Shown here: positions 60,993 through 64,000 of the stretch, one piece after another | Position numbering within the stretch: position 1 is the first letter of the stretch | Layout of the letters: each line of letters opens with the position of its first letter | Assembly (NCBI GenBank): GCA_040285855.1 | Contig: JAUFOQ010000010.1 | Span: 682,001 to 746,000, forward strand | DNA from: Eukaryota sp. GEM-RC1 | Lineage: Eukaryota | Direction: 5' to 3' | DNA: 64,000 nucleotides | Position numbers and translations under genes: made by a program | The notes under the pieces: model-generated | What the model was told of the DNA's origin: nothing | Databases searched by the model: none | The model's input: the letters and a program-made list of their open reading frames with translations, nothing else

Positions 60993-61323
60993 CAGTAAAC
61001 GCTAGTACGTTCAAAAATCTAATCTATGACGTATTAACTCGTGTCAGGCCGTGTTACGTGTTAGCGTTACAACTTCATTTCTGGTTCAACGATAAATAGC
61101 TCATTGCTTCTTCACATTCACCAAAACTGTACTCTACATCCCTGTATGGGACTTCCAGAACGGTGTCTTTCATTCTTTCAGCAGCAGAAGGCATTTTCAT
61201 ATCATTCAGAACGGAAATTGTTTCCGATATTTGCGTAATAGAAATCAGTTAAAATTCCTGACACGTAGCACGCGTGTTAGCGCGTGTTACGTGTCAGGCC
61301 GTGTTACGTGTTAGCGTTCACAG
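60993..61323. mobile_element. Diverged copy of the hAT MITE at 44208-44541
   Basis: Homologous interior, degenerate TIRs, 8-bp TSD GTTAGAGG. Confidence 0.8.
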
Positions 61324-61977
61324 GTTAGAGGTCGACTTTGCAACAGTTACCGTGAACTACATGTATGTAGAATGTTACTATTATCAAAGATATTTAGTGT
61401 GCAGTCATGTATTGTTTGAACATGTACTACATCTTCGATCATGATAAAGAAGCAGATATATGTGCTGACAAACACACAACAAGACACTAAACTAAATTAA
61501 AGATTATTAAAACCAACATTCAATCAGACTAACTTACCCAATGCCCATATGAAGTTTTATTTTACCACCAAACATATTGGCCAAAATTTTAATGACTACA
61601 TCTTTTCTGTGACTCAAAAAGCCAAAAAAATAATGTACAGTTCCAGTTCAAACTGCTGAACTTCTTACCAAAGTCTAATTGTTTGAATAATTCCTACAAC
61701 TGAATATAACTCCCATAATTTTAATATTGTATTTTTAGAGTGTTATTAACTTTTAGGGTACAATTCAAAAACACTCATGTCCCAAATCGATATTTCATAA
61801 CCACTCAAATGGAATTTGATATTACACAAAACACTCATTAGATCACTATAATATTGATATCAGCACATTTTAACATGTCTGCCAAAATTCTTGCACATTC
61901 ATCTGCAAAATGGTAGTGGTCACGAATGAACCATGTAACTGTTTCGTCTTTCTGATCAGTCAAAAACTGATATATTT

Positions 61978-62305
61978 TGTGGGGATTTGATTGGTCTTTC
62001 GTTATCTTGTCAGGAAATTGTCATGGATTTCACAACTGTTGAACCTTACAATTTAAAAATCAATTTCCAAAAAATTTGATGACTTTTCTAATCTTGAAGT
62101 GGCTTAAAAAGGAAAAAATACATAGTTATGTCACTTAAGCAACCAATTGAATGTTGACAGGTACAATCTTATGAGTTTCAACCGTTTGCGATGTCGATTT
62201 ACGGTAATGGTGGACCAGCTGCACAAGGGTTTCTAACTTCCTTTGGTAAATTGTGTTCTGAGTACGGAAAAGTTTTCAATGCAAATTTTTGGTCGAGTAG
62301 GTTAT
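61978..62305 (+). mobile_element. Decayed 3' fragment of the RLE non-LTR element (no LTR insertion)
   Basis: Aligns to 46398-46641 joined directly to 52561-52645 across GGACCAGCTGCACAA. Confidence 0.88.
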
Positions 62306-64000
62306 GACGTCGTCATGACTTTGGGTCTGTTTATTTAAATTCTTTTATTGTATTTGATGATGGGTTATTTGTTACTCATGTCTACTTTACCCCTTGTCTT
62401 TTATAAAAATGATAGATATCAATGTGTGACTCATTTTGTGGTGACTAGAAATATATTAAACTAGTTCTTGTGTTCAAAATGGTATTTGTATATGTGATCA
62501 AAGAATTGTTCTGTGTACCGGATGTGACAGTCTCAGTTTTTGATTCTGTGACCGTAACCATTCTGATTTTTAGATCAAGGATATGCAATATGTCGTTTCA
62601 TACACTCGGAACGTATTTCATCATTTATCAAAAGAGTTGGTGTATTAGAATTTATGATGGATACTACAGGCAACTCAACCGCTTCACAAACACTCATCAT
62701 ATTTGACAAAACACGACTATTGGGCGTCAAGTTCGAGAAAAAAAGAACTGTTTTGAGCTAGCTTAAATTCAGCGGAACCAAATTTAGTTTTCGTATTTCT
62801 ACTTTCGCGTTGATCTAGAGTATGGAACGCAAATGTGCCGTAGCGTAGCGTACGTACGGATGTACGGTACATGTACCGTTACTGTACTTTTGGCCGACTA
62901 AAATACATTATTACTAATTTGAACATGATAATCCACTGTGACATTTTAAGAGTTATCATCGTCATACATTGTGCCGTTGAACAAAGCTCATGATCTCAAG
63001 ATGACGATTGTCATACTTATTCAAATTTAGGGTACATCATTTGCTGACCACAACTTACCCAAAATGACAATGGTACATACATATCTCAGTAATCGCATGG
63101 AATTAACAATGGTAGCGTCTCCGACTCACAGCGCATGTAATGAGTGACTGTTACGAGATATAACAAGGATGAAGGGCCCTAAAACCCAAAGAGTCTGTTT
63201 TTAAACGATTATAAGATGCAGAAGCAAATTGTATTAGTACAGTGTTTGACGAGGCAATGAATCTCCACTCCACAAATGGTATTTGAAAATAAATTTAGAC
63301 CATTCGTAAACAGGGCATTTAAATAAAATCAAATGACATCGGTACGGATAAAAGAAATCGGTACGTACCAAAGATTTGCGCACATTGATTTAGAGGAACA
63401 AAATCAAATGTAAAGTACATCACGGTTGAAAACGTTTAATCGGAGTTTTGTCACACGTGTTATCTTACTGTGTTGAATGCATCATAATCAGTTTTTAAAA
63501 ACACAGTATATCAAAGATTTCTTAGAATTCGAGATGAACTCAGTTGTATTCGTATCGATATTCAAACAACAATTTATTGTTGCTGATTGTCAGTCAATGT
63601 GACTGTACCATAGAATAGGACACTATTCATAAATTGAAGATGCTACCTGATACTAACTACCAGCTGCTAGCTATGTTCCGAGTAATGGCACTAGTAATCT
63701 CCAGGTCGAACCAGAAATCTACATGTAAGTTCTGGTAACTCTCCTCCACTCACGCTAGATCATCCATCAACAAGAGAAAACGAAAATAGAACTACAGTAG
63801 AAGCCTAACTAAACTCCTGTCTCTGAAGGAGAATTTTGTTTTCCTCTCTGCTTCATACTATGAAGTTTTCACGTATACTTCTGAAGCTCATAGGGGTATC
63901 ATTGAATACTATCTTCTCTTCTGAAACTGATGCTGAACCTAAACAACTTGAAGTTCTCCCTTTGACATCCTCTCTCCATTGTCCTTCAAGAAACTTACAC

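Noticed and set aside
62820..63390. GTAC-rich clusters as a MITE
   Set aside because: No convincing terminal inverted repeats or TSD.

Overview
AT-rich, apparently intron-poor eukaryotic DNA (probably a protist; this is inferred), dense in transposons and repeat-domain genes. The most striking structure is at ~19.4-31.8 kb on the minus strand. One gene encodes RING + two B-boxes + coiled coil (TRIM-like) fused to eight 28-aa RI-like LRRs and a cap. It is followed in the same orientation by nine ATG-less LRR cassettes. Each cassette holds 1-13 84-bp modules, the same cap and stop, and a ~580-bp spacer. Variation is concentrated in the concave-face LRR codons, and identical modules recur in different orders, which suggests a cassette-based receptor diversification locus analogous to VLRs. 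Three Ty3/Gypsy-type LTR families have very short LTRs (80, 91, 121 bp), 4-bp TSDs and no tRNA-type primer site; one is a 1057-bp gag-only element and one lacks a protease. Other mobile DNA includes an RLE-type non-LTR element split by an LTR element, plus pogo/Tigger and hAT elements and MITEs. Other genes are an M18 aspartyl aminopeptidase, further LRR genes, a RING-SEL1-TM gene, a secreted duplicated Cys-rich protein, a fragmented NTPase+nuclease gene and a ubiquitin pseudogene. Many frameshifts are single-base losses in homopolymers and may be assembly errors.
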